In this document: one piece after another, positions 1-9,052 of the stretch
How positions within the stretch are numbered: position 1 is the first letter of the stretch
Layout of the letters: every line of letters begins with the position of its first letter
Origin: Candidatus Thorarchaeota archaeon
GTDB lineage: Archaea > Asgardarchaeota > Thorarchaeia > Thorarchaeales > Thorarchaeaceae
Direction: 5' to 3'
Assembly: GCA_048882385.1 (NCBI GenBank)
Contig: JBHLRQ010000001.1
Span: forward strand, 1-64,000
DNA: 64,000 nucleotides
Made by a program: the position numbers and the translations under genes
The notes under the pieces: model-generated
Database searches by the model: none
The model's input: the letters and a program-made list of their open reading frames with translations, nothing else
Told to the model about the DNA's origin: nothing

Positions 1-158
1 TCAGACTCGTTCGAGACCAGCTCGATGTGTTTGACGATAATTGAGCTCCCTGATACATTCCCAAAAATCAACGCTGCCGCTTCATTGGGGAGATTTGTTT
101 CCGCATGCTCATGAAGATTATACAAGTTGTCAAAAGATAGATGCAGAGTGTACTGCAT
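1..158 (-). CDS. JAB/MPN (M67 family) metallopeptidase, N-terminal part, truncated by the window edge
   Basis: Not in the ORF track. Manual translation from ATG 158 gives MQYTLHLSFDNLYNLHEHAETNLPNEAAALIFG..., matching the 'H.....P.E....L.G' JAMM start. GGAGG SD upstream. Confidence 0.75.
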   Translation of the reverse strand, partial: MQYTLHLSFDNLYNLHEHAETNLPNEAAALIFGNVSGSSIIVKHIELVSNES

Positions 159-171
159 CAATAACCCTCCG

Positions 172-615
172 CTAGTCCAAGGCAGATTTGATTTCCTCTA
201 GTACAATACAAGTTTCAGCATCCCCAACTCCAGTTATGCCACCAAGACGAGTTTCGAGGAATGTTTTCAATTCTGTGAGATCATCCACTGTAACCATCAA
301 CATTAGCCCACAAGCACCATCTAAATAGTATGCTTCATTGACCTCTTCAAAGCTCCTGAGCTTCTTGGAGATTTCTTTGGCTTCTTTCATAGCTGTCTTA
401 ACACGGATGACTGCACGTATCTTCTTTCCAATTTTAAGAGGATCCAATACTACAGTGAAACGCTTGATGTATCCCTCATCCTGCAATCTCTTCACGCGTC
501 GTCGAATAGTGACTTCAGTCCTGCCAACAGTATCTGCAATCTCACTAAAAGACCGTCTACCGTCTTTTTGAAGCATTGTGACGATTTGAGCATCAATTGG
601 ATCCAAATTCTTCAT
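172..615 (-). CDS. Lrp/AsnC family transcriptional regulator
   Basis: LDPIDAQIVTMLQKDGRRSFSEIA...RRVKRL...G.I HTH followed by a RAM domain; 147 aa. Confidence 0.95.
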   Translation of the reverse strand: MKNLDPIDAQIVTMLQKDGRRSFSEIADTVGRTEVTIRRRVKRLQDEGYIKRFTVVLDPLKIGKKIRAVIRVKTAMKEAKEISKKLRSFEEVNEAYYLDGACGLMLMVTVDDLTELKTFLETRLGGITGVGDAETCIVLEEIKSALD

Positions 616-727
616 GATAATTCACCAATCTCTCCGAGATGCTGCAGGTGTTCGATATCGTTCATATATATTAACTGTTATGTACGAACTCGTTAGGATT
701 GATTTCACTCATCTAAGCATTTGCTAA

Positions 728-1582
728 TTAGAGCACTTTAAGCTCTTCTTCAATGATTTTGTCCTCATTAGGAGACATAACTGCATAGAGCTCTATATGA
801 TCAATCAATGCTTTGGCATTACGAATCTTCTCTTCAAGCAGTTCCTGTATCTGAAAGATCCCGGATGCGTTATTCATAATTACCTCTATTCTTACAGTCT
901 TGGAGTCACCCTTTCGGATATTCACACGCTCTATGGCCATTGCTGAGGCTGAGTGAATATTGACACTTCCTGCTTCAAATGGAATCCTAGCTCGCCCTTT
1001 GGTCATATCCAGTGCATCAGCAATACCAACCACTCCTGCTTCGATAGTCAAGGGAACAGCCACTTTGTCATGACAGTAGATAGAATGCATCACATGACCT
1101 CTGATGTGTACTTGTTTCCGTCTGTCTTTAGGATAGACCTTGGCTAAGATTCTGTCCAATATGGGCATAGCTATCACTACTGAAAATTCATCGTGGTTAG
1201 CGCGACCTACAGCCATTCCGATGTCATGAAGATAGCAACCTAACAACACAACTAGTTCAGAATCTTTGATTGTACCGGTTTCTTCCTGAACAATTGTGGT
1301 CTGTATGCCTTTACTCAGCTCTCTCAAAAGCCGGATTCCACTAAGTGTTACAATTAACGAGTGTGTATGACCATGATCTGAGTAGCCCATTCGATCTATT
1401 GCCATACGATTGCTGTCTTCTAATACAGTCTGTACCTCGGCATCACTCTCTAATGCATCAAATGCAATTTGACAGAGCTCATTATTCTTGAATGCTCTTC
1501 GGACTCTGTCTTTCAATGTACTTCTTTGTTTTGGGCTTTTTGTCATTTTCTTAATGCCCCTAATTTCTTCTTTCTTATTCAA
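728..1582 (-). CDS. HD-domain phosphohydrolase (COG3294-like)
   Basis: DHGHTH, YLHDIG, H and ADALD motifs; GRARIPF. Confidence 0.9.
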   Translation of the reverse strand: MNKKEEIRGIKKMTKSPKQRSTLKDRVRRAFKNNELCQIAFDALESDAEVQTVLEDSNRMAIDRMGYSDHGHTHSLIVTLSGIRLLRELSKGIQTTIVQEETGTIKDSELVVLLGCYLHDIGMAVGRANHDEFSVVIAMPILDRILAKVYPKDRRKQVHIRGHVMHSIYCHDKVAVPLTIEAGVVGIADALDMTKGRARIPFEAGSVNIHSASAMAIERVNIRKGDSKTVRIEVIMNNASGIFQIQELLEEKIRNAKALIDHIELYAVMSPNEDKIIEEELKVL

Positions 1583-1772
1583 CTCTGATTAATGCGAATT
1601 CAGTAATAAATGAGATACTGGTTGTAACTCTATTCTAGTAGGTAATTATTCAGGTTCCCCTCAACCTACTAAACTGACAAGCTATTCAGATTCAATCTTT
1701 TTGTTATTGATATCAACACAAATTCTCATATGAACTGATTGTAACCGGCATGTTTGGCAACTGAGGAAAAGG

Positions 1773-1812
1773 CTATTGTCATTGGGTGGAAATAGAATAC
1801 CTATGACAATAG
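1773..1812 (-). terminator. Stem-loop downstream of the second mvhD copy
   Basis: Perfect 10-bp inverted repeat CTATTGTCAT (1773-1782) / ATGACAATAG (1803-1812), followed on the minus strand by CCTTTTCC, just after the stop at 1831. Confidence 0.5.
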
Positions 1813-1830
1813 ATTAAGATCATAGGGAGT

Positions 1831-2244
1831 TTATAGTCTGATTGGATTAGGACCAATCTTCCTTATCTCGTCAGCGAACTTGTTGATCTCAGCCGCGAAC
1901 TTGTCACCTTCAGCAGCACTCACGAACACCATTTTCACACGGTCCTCATTGAGTCCTAACTGTCCGATCAACCTCTTGGCAAATCGAACCCTTCTCTCAG
2001 CCCCCAAATTTCCAGTCTTGTAGGCAATATCTCCAGGATGACATCCTACAACCAACACTCCGTCAGCCCCTTCCTGCAATGCTTTCAGAAGAAAGTTGAT
2101 GTCAAGTCTAGCTGTACACGGCATCCTGATTATCCTGCTCGTGATGTCGTACTGCAACTTCATCGTTCCTGCAAGGTCTGACGCTGCGTACATGTACTGC
2201 ATATGAGCTCTCAATAGGATGAAAGGAATTCTAATCGAATTCAC
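1831..2244 (-). CDS. mvhD: MvhD/VhuD paralog with degenerate Cys motifs (possibly Fe-S-free or a pseudogene)
   Basis: Near-identical to 3517..3927 over about 123 aa, but CMQC reads HMQY and GDC reads GDI; the N-terminus differs. Confidence 0.75.
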   Translation of the reverse strand: MNSIRIPFILLRAHMQYMYAASDLAGTMKLQYDITSRIIRMPCTARLDINFLLKALQEGADGVLVVGCHPGDIAYKTGNLGAERRVRFAKRLIGQLGLNEDRVKMVFVSAAEGDKFAAEINKFADEIRKIGPNPIRL

Positions 2245-2386
2245 ATCCTTCTAAAATATGTCCTGAATTCTCCTCGGCTCATTATATGAAGAACTTGGTG
2301 GATCCACCTTCAGGGCAATATATTTGGTGCTGATTCTCAAAGTGAGGTATTGAGGACACATACTCAGCTATTATTCTTCCTCTAAT

Positions 2387-3358
2387 TCATTTTTCTTCTG
2401 AATTCTGCTTTCCGACTGACGAATTAGTCACTGTTTCTGAATCCTCTGGTTCTTGGAGTCGTGCTGATATTAATGTTGGGAGTTCCTTTCTTGTCAAATT
2501 CTTTCCATATCTGATGAATGCTATGAAGACAACAAGGTAAGCTATTGCACAAAGTATAATCAGACAGATCGCTGCATTTTCCAAAGAGGTGGAGGTTGCC
2601 ATTGCAAAAGTCCCGATGGTATTGAAAGTTGCATGGAAAAGGGCTGGGAGGAGAACACTGTCCGTATTATTGAATATCCAAGTGTAGATGAACGCGACGG
2701 CGATATAAAAGGCTAAGAAGAACCAAATATCAGTGTCGAATACGCCACTCCAGGTAAAGACAAGATATAATGGAAGATGCCAAATCCAACCCATTAGAGC
2801 CTTCGTCAGAGTTGCAGGAATAACAGGAAGTTGTTGCTGCAATCTGAGTTGAGCAAAACCAGTCCACCCTACTTCTTCTTGACCTCCCGTTGGAACAAGT
2901 TCTCCAAAAAATGTCACCAAGATTGCCAGAACTGATGCTCTCTCAAAATCTGAAACAAATGTACCTCCAAGAAACCAGACATTCAGATAGAAGGTGCCGT
3001 ACTTGATGAGAATTGGCACGCCGAAAGCAATAGCGTACCATGGAATTGCTACTCGCCAGTTGAAGACCTTCTTCAACAATCCTCTTGTACCAGCTTTTCC
3101 ATAATTAACTCGATAAACAATGAACGCAGAGAGGAGAGGTCCCCATACTGACCCGATAGCAATAAAGGGATAGAATATCATGTAGTAATGTCCCTCAAAG
3201 ATTAGTTCGACAAAATTTTTTTCCGGCCCAAAGGGAGTAAGTATGATATCCATTACCAGCCACCCGCTCCAAGTAATCGAGAAGGCGATAATGTAGAATA
3301 TCAGGATGTCATACTTCTTCAATAGTATCCTTATCTTTGATGGCTCTTCAAAGGTCAT
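2387..3358 (-). CDS. CPBP (Abi/CAAX) intramembrane glutamic endopeptidase
   Basis: Multiple transmembrane helices; GGQEEVGW, WHLP and FHATFN motifs. Confidence 0.9.
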   Translation of the reverse strand: MTFEEPSKIRILLKKYDILIFYIIAFSITWSGWLVMDIILTPFGPEKNFVELIFEGHYYMIFYPFIAIGSVWGPLLSAFIVYRVNYGKAGTRGLLKKVFNWRVAIPWYAIAFGVPILIKYGTFYLNVWFLGGTFVSDFERASVLAILVTFFGELVPTGGQEEVGWTGFAQLRLQQQLPVIPATLTKALMGWIWHLPLYLVFTWSGVFDTDIWFFLAFYIAVAFIYTWIFNNTDSVLLPALFHATFNTIGTFAMATSTSLENAAICLIILCAIAYLVVFIAFIRYGKNLTRKELPTLISARLQEPEDSETVTNSSVGKQNSEEK

Positions 3359-3516
3359 TTGCTACAGCACATCTTCGCCAATTCAATTATTTGTAATAAA
3401 TCATTTAATCAACGCAATAATTAATCTTAATCGAGTTCGTAATTCTGGCTGGACATCTCATACTTAATTACACATTTAATTATAGAAAGTTATTACTCAT
3501 TTCAACAGAGCTTCTT

Positions 3517-3927
3517 CTATAGTCGAATTGGGTTGGGTCCAATCTTCCTGATTTCGTCAGCGAACTTGTTGACCTCAGCCGCAAATTTGTCACCCTCAGC
3601 AGCTGACACAAACACCATCTTGACTCTATCTTCGTTCAGTCCAAGTTGACCAACTAACTTCCTAGCGAATCGTACTCGCCTCTCTGCTCCTAGGTTCCCA
3701 GTCTTGTAGGCACAATCTCCAGGATGACAGCCAATGACTAGCACCCCGTCCGCTCCTTCCTGCAACGCTTTCAGAAGAAAGTTGATGTCCAGTCGAGCCG
3801 TGCATGGCATTCTGATGATCCTGCTCGTGATGTCATACTGATACTTCATGGTCCCTGCAAGGTCGGACGCAGCGTACATGCACTGCATACATCCATAGAC
3901 GATGATATTCATATCCTTGGGAGGCAT
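3517..3927 (-). CDS. mvhD: Hydrogenase/Hdr-associated [2Fe-2S] subunit MvhD/VhuD (FlpD)
   Basis: CMQC..AASDLAG, PCTAR and GCHPGDC motifs. Start moved to ATG 3927 (MPPKD) after a GGAGTGA SD. Confidence 0.93.
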   Translation of the reverse strand: MPPKDMNIIVYGCMQCMYAASDLAGTMKYQYDITSRIIRMPCTARLDINFLLKALQEGADGVLVIGCHPGDCAYKTGNLGAERRVRFARKLVGQLGLNEDRVKMVFVSAAEGDKFAAEVNKFADEIRKIGPNPIRL

Positions 3928-4453
3928 CTTTTGATCAATCACTCCAAGTGGGGTATATAGGCGGACTCGATAAGCCATATATTTCTTCAGTTGCAATATA
4001 TCTATGGTAACATGACTGGCTTTATTCATTCCAGTCTTTAACTAGACCAGAAGAAATTATGGAAAAGTATCTAGGATGTGCATCCACCTCAGGTTTTATT
4101 AGCATTCAATACATAACAATTGTTAAGCCACTCAAGAGGCGCCAGATGACAACGTCTGGGAATTCTGTGTTGAGCGAGATCATGAACTCAACCAATATTG
4201 ATCCTGCGACAGACACAGCACAGAAACAGGTTGACAAACGAAAGGGCTGAGTGTCGGACTATCTGTTCGATTATATAAGACACGACAAAGACAGTCCCTT
4301 TGGATGAGAGGAATCGGACCACTGTCATATCTGAGACTTGGGTGGCTTTCCTGCGTTTTGGATATCTATGCGTCTTGAGTGAAACTATTGCATCAATACT
4401 CTGGCGGTTTCCTGAGATGGCCCAAGATGATGCGTAGAGTTTCTAATCTATGT

Positions 4454-5065
4454 TCAATCTAGGTGATTTGAGAATATTGTATAAATGGTTTCAACAAGAT
4501 CATCCAAAGCAGATACTGGTTCTAAAACAGTGCAACTCTCCAAACCCCGGTTAGGAGTACCAGTGCCATTATTGAACATAATGTATCCATCACCTACTTG
4601 GAATGTTATGACATATACCCATGAACCATCGGAATAGATGATTTCAATTTCAAAACCCATGTTGAAACTGGACTCTAGTAGTAGAGATGACGACATCTCG
4701 GAAGGATGTGTTTGGTTCATTCCTTCATTAAGACTCAGACTGATATTCTCAATCTCTCCTGGAGTAACTGTGAATTCCCTCTCGTAGAGTAATGGGTTTT
4801 CAATACTTTCAGAGTCGTCCACAAAACTTGCCATAATCAGCAGTCCAGTTTCTTGGAATACGAAAGAAGCATCCATGAGTTCGGGGTATAGAATATCCGT
4901 GCTATTTCCACATATCTTCAATGATGCAATATCAAGTGAGTGTGTTGTGTTTGAACTATCAGTGAGAGAGAAGTACAGGAAAGCAGTGGCTGCTACTGCT
5001 ACAACGATAATGGTTGCAACGGTAATTGCTTTGAAGCTTTCTTCAGCGATTGAAATTCCCTCCAA
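4454..5065 (-). CDS. Hypothetical membrane-anchored/secreted acidic protein
   Basis: One N-terminal hydrophobic helix followed by an acidic Ser/Thr-rich domain. Confidence 0.65.
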   Translation of the reverse strand: MEGISIAEESFKAITVATIIVVAVAATAFLYFSLTDSSNTTHSLDIASLKICGNSTDILYPELMDASFVFQETGLLIMASFVDDSESIENPLLYEREFTVTPGEIENISLSLNEGMNQTHPSEMSSSLLLESSFNMGFEIEIIYSDGSWVYVITFQVGDGYIMFNNGTGTPNRGLESCTVLEPVSALDDLVETIYTIFSNHLD

Positions 5066-5129
5066 TCATTATTGTAGAGGGGTAGGTCATGAATCTTCTT
5101 GTGTACATACTCTGTGTTTGGATTTATTC

Positions 5130-5498
5130 CTAAACCAGTTCCTCAGAATCAGGTTGCCACTCGGGATACACTATACAGAGAAACTCTAGATCGCTATCGC
5201 CAATGTTCTCTATCTTTTGTACACCTTGTGGAGGTATGTAGACAGTGTCACCTGGGACAACGTGCTCCGTTTCATCATCGATATGCATTATTCCCTCTCC
5301 CTTGAGAATATAGTACACCTCTGAGGCAGTCTTGAAACGATGAGGCAACGAAGTCTTCTTGGGAGGAAGGGTTGCATGTGCTAGACTGTATCCAAGATGA
5401 AGTGGTGTTGATTCGTGTTTTGGATTCAACATCTCTCGAATGATTGTATCATCAAGAGCAACTATCTCTTTGAGGTCCTTCAGTTTCTTCACAATCAT
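5130..5498 (-). CDS. Cupin domain protein
   Basis: PH.F...SEVYYILKGEG and GDTVYIPP cupin motifs. Confidence 0.9.
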   Translation of the reverse strand: MIVKKLKDLKEIVALDDTIIREMLNPKHESTPLHLGYSLAHATLPPKKTSLPHRFKTASEVYYILKGEGIMHIDDETEHVVPGDTVYIPPQGVQKIENIGDSDLEFLCIVYPEWQPDSEELV

Positions 5499-5509
5499 CC
5501 TAACGTCTC

Positions 5510-6709
5510 CTACAGCTCAGGAGGTTTCTTGTTGTACCATTTGGGTATCTTCTCCATGGCTGGTTCATATCCGCTGAGGACATGTCGACCGAGAATCAAT
5601 CTTTGCACCTCGCTAGTACCCTCGTAAATCTGGTAGAGCTTTGCGTCCCTGAAGAGTTTCTCAAGGGGGTACTGATCAATGTAACCATAACCTCCATGAA
5701 TCTGAAGTGCTTCACTTACAACCTCCATTGCAGCATCGGTGGCGTATGCTTTTGCTGCACTCGCAGGAACAGTTGCATCACCAACATTGTCAGTAGTCCA
5801 TGCAGCCTTCAGGTACATCATTCTTGAAGCTTCAATCTTCATGAACATCTCGGCTAGTTTGAATTGAATCACTTCAAACTCACGTAGTTTCTCACCGAAC
5901 ACCTCTCTCTTATTGACGTAGTCCCGTGCGTATTCCATGGCTGCACGTGCGAGACCTGTTGCAAAGGCTGCTATTGATGGTCTGGTCATTGCAAACGTCT
6001 TCATTGCAATCCCGAATCCTTTCCCTTCAGATCCCAAGATGTTCTCTTCTGGAATCTTAGCATCACGGAATATGACGGATGATGTGGTAGATGCCCTATG
6101 ACCCATTTTCTCTACTGGACGACCAGTTTTGACACCAGGCGTATCGGCATCGACAATAAATGCACAGAGTGCCTTGTGACGCTTACTTGGATCAAGACTT
6201 GCAAAGACAGTGAAATAGTCTGCATGTGGAGCATTTGTAATCCAGAACTTGGAGCCGTTTAGGATATAGTTACTTCCTTCTTTCTTCACACGTGTTTGGA
6301 TACCAGCAACATCCGAACCCATTCCAGGTTCCGAGCAAGCAAAACTGACAAACTTTAGCTCTTCGGTGAGCGGTCGAAGGTATTTCTCCTTTTGGTCATC
6401 AGTACCTGCTATAAGGATTGGTTCTGCACCTAGTGTATTGACATAGATACTCGTGGTCATTCCAGCACAGCCAGCAGCCATCTCTTCAACAGTGATGCAC
6501 TGTTCAATTGACCCTAGACCTGGACCTCCAAACTCTTTTGGAATGGAGAGGTTCATCAATCCTTCTTCCCAGCACTTCTGGATTATGGAACGTGGGAATT
6601 CTCCACTCTTGTCGTAATAATGAGCATAGGGAATCATGTACTCCTGAGCAAAAATCCTCGCTCTTTTTTGAAGCGCTAACTGTTCATCTGTCAATCTGAA
6701 GTCAATCAT
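5510..6709 (-). CDS. Acyl-CoA dehydrogenase
   Basis: SEPGMGSD, LNGSKFWITN, QIHGGYGY and QIYEGTSEVQR motifs. Confidence 0.96.
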   Translation of the reverse strand: MIDFRLTDEQLALQKRARIFAQEYMIPYAHYYDKSGEFPRSIIQKCWEEGLMNLSIPKEFGGPGLGSIEQCITVEEMAAGCAGMTTSIYVNTLGAEPILIAGTDDQKEKYLRPLTEELKFVSFACSEPGMGSDVAGIQTRVKKEGSNYILNGSKFWITNAPHADYFTVFASLDPSKRHKALCAFIVDADTPGVKTGRPVEKMGHRASTTSSVIFRDAKIPEENILGSEGKGFGIAMKTFAMTRPSIAAFATGLARAAMEYARDYVNKREVFGEKLREFEVIQFKLAEMFMKIEASRMMYLKAAWTTDNVGDATVPASAAKAYATDAAMEVVSEALQIHGGYGYIDQYPLEKLFRDAKLYQIYEGTSEVQRLILGRHVLSGYEPAMEKIPKWYNKKPPEL

Positions 6710-6790
6710 TGCGGTTCCTCATTATGGGTTTGTGCAGATCCAGAAATTCCACTATGTCGTATAAGTCAGTTGCGAAGTGACTGTTCTATT

Positions 6791-9052
6791 CTAGGGGGAT
6801 GACGTGATATGTTTCACAACCTCAGGCAGGTTCCATTTCAATTCCAACTCTAAAGCTCCACCTTCAGGACCAGGACATCGCCTAACACAGGTACGACATG
6901 CAACACATAGCCAGAGATCCACCTCTACTGTGCCAAAACCAGGTGATTCTTTCTCAAGTTTAATGTCCTTGGATGGCTTCACTGTAGCTAGATTTTGAAT
7001 TGTTTTGTAGAATAGTGAACGATTTGTTGGTAGCTCAGAAAGTGCCTCATCAGAGATTTCAAAGAACTTAGGAATCTCAATTCGATGTCTGAGTTCTATA
7101 GCATCTTCTGGACAAGCGAGTTCGCAGGATTTGCAACCAAGACATTTTGAGTGGTCCCAGTTCACGGTTCCAAATCCTAGAAGAGGTGCATAGCCCATCT
7201 GACTTCTGTACTCATCAAGAACTGATGGTACATCTACATCAACAAGGTCCTCAAGTGTCACTTTAGGTCTTGTACTTGGTATCTTAGCACGGGTACGATA
7301 TGCTAATAGTACTGCAGATCGTATCTTGTCCTCGACTTCTACAAGTGTGGACTCATCAACAACGACCCCACCCACTCTTATTGTGATTAGTTTGTCACGG
7401 GCTTTATCGAATGTTTCTAGCGAGGTTGCAAGTTTTCCAATGTCCTGTGCTTTGAAATCACCAAGAATCCTAACGAGTTCAACTTTGGCTTCAGAGAGTT
7501 GAAGGGCGAGGCTGCATGCAGTTTGTATTGTGATCTCTGCTTCAGAAGGAGTTCTAGGAACATCGTATAGTATGTAGCCATGACTCTCTCCAGCAATTGT
7601 CAAAAGCTCATCTCGCTTCATTCGAAGAAGATGTCTGAGAATTCTATCCTGGGGTATTTTTGTTCTTTCAGCAAGATCTTTCGCCGTAAGTGATCCGAGT
7701 TCTCTGATTAAAATCAAAATTGTACCCCTTTCTAGTTCGTTATCGAGATAAGTATCCATCATAGTCTGATAGAATTCAGGGTCCAATTTTTCTCCATAGA
7801 CATTTGTGCCAGATACAAGATTAGGACCCTTCTCTAGGGTGATCTTCAATCTGAATCTGGCAAATGCCTCAAGGCCAGCAGACACAAGAAGTCTAAGAGT
7901 TTCCGAGTCATCTGATGTCTGTGAAGTAAGAAGAGCCTCTGTGGCACTATCAACAGCCCCTCTTAACTTGGTCAGACTTTCAGAGAGAGCTGTTTCATCA
8001 TATGTCCCAAGTATCTGCAACCTTTCAAGAAGTGACTGTAATGATTCCAAGGAAGTACTTGCATTGTTGGCTTCTTTACCGTCTAGGGTTTTGATCATTC
8101 CACGAACCTGTTGGACCATTCTCTTCATTACTAGCGTCGAGTTGGGAGTTTCTGTGAGTACTTTTGAGAAGACTGGCGAATCTCCCTCAAGGCTGATCAT
8201 CTCCACCTCTCCTCGTTGAATCATGGTAATAATTGCTGTCTGCACATTTCTTGGTGGAACTTTCATGAGTTCTCCAATTTGGATGACGGTCTTTGAACCC
8301 ATTTTACCCAGAATGAACATGATTATTCCACGATGTGCTTCGGTGAGTATATTCTCTGCAACCAATCTGGCGAAACGATCATCATCTATTCGTTCCTCTC
8401 GCTTCCCTCTCTTCACCTGTGCGGTGGATCTGAGGCCTGGTCCATATCGAGTCTTTGTCCCAATCTTCTGAAGTTCATCCAGTGCAACGTCAGGGTCAGT
8501 TGTTGTTTTTGAATTAGCCAGCTCAAGGGTTTCAATCAGGGAAATTAATTCAGACCTTGCAGATTCAGCCTCTGCCTTGGCATTTTCTTCAAATTGATTA
8601 ATAATCGACTCAATCTCTGTTGTTAATTCTGATACAGTGACGAGGATCTTACTCATATCAACTTCAACACTGGTCTGAGTTTCTTCAACTACTGTCATCT
8701 TTGAGAGAGTTTCTGAAAGCAGCTTGAGTAGTCTTTTCAGAGGTTCTGACTCTGCTACTGATTGTGATTTTTCGAGATTGTTAATGGCTTCCTGAAGAAT
8801 TCCCTTGTCCTTTATCTCCGACGTGAGATTGGCCTTTTCGATGGCTGAAAAGAACTTGGAAAAGTATGAGTCTGGCAAAGCAAGAATTGATTCAGTAAGT
8901 GGTGTCAATTCTGTTTTCAGAGTTTCTAGTTCTTCCTTGACCTTACTGAGAGGTATTACTGACTCCTCTTTTAGACCTCCTAGTGCTAGGACCATATCAA
9001 GCATACGCTGTCTCTTGGGAGCAATAGTCTTCTTTTCCTGGGAATGACTCAC
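6791..9052 (-). CDS. Large helical protein with two internal winged-helix-like repeats and a C-terminal 2x[4Fe-4S] domain; last gene of the hdr operon
   Basis: CLGCKSCELACP and CVACRTCVRRCP; repeated 'E..RG.I..I....GS.T........K.P' unit. GTG start at 9052 overlaps the hdrA stop (GTGA), with a GGAGGTGA SD. Confidence 0.8.
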   Translation of the reverse strand: MSHSQEKKTIAPKRQRMLDMVLALGGLKEESVIPLSKVKEELETLKTELTPLTESILALPDSYFSKFFSAIEKANLTSEIKDKGILQEAINNLEKSQSVAESEPLKRLLKLLSETLSKMTVVEETQTSVEVDMSKILVTVSELTTEIESIINQFEENAKAEAESARSELISLIETLELANSKTTTDPDVALDELQKIGTKTRYGPGLRSTAQVKRGKREERIDDDRFARLVAENILTEAHRGIIMFILGKMGSKTVIQIGELMKVPPRNVQTAIITMIQRGEVEMISLEGDSPVFSKVLTETPNSTLVMKRMVQQVRGMIKTLDGKEANNASTSLESLQSLLERLQILGTYDETALSESLTKLRGAVDSATEALLTSQTSDDSETLRLLVSAGLEAFARFRLKITLEKGPNLVSGTNVYGEKLDPEFYQTMMDTYLDNELERGTILILIRELGSLTAKDLAERTKIPQDRILRHLLRMKRDELLTIAGESHGYILYDVPRTPSEAEITIQTACSLALQLSEAKVELVRILGDFKAQDIGKLATSLETFDKARDKLITIRVGGVVVDESTLVEVEDKIRSAVLLAYRTRAKIPSTRPKVTLEDLVDVDVPSVLDEYRSQMGYAPLLGFGTVNWDHSKCLGCKSCELACPEDAIELRHRIEIPKFFEISDEALSELPTNRSLFYKTIQNLATVKPSKDIKLEKESPGFGTVEVDLWLCVACRTCVRRCPGPEGGALELELKWNLPEVVKHITSSP

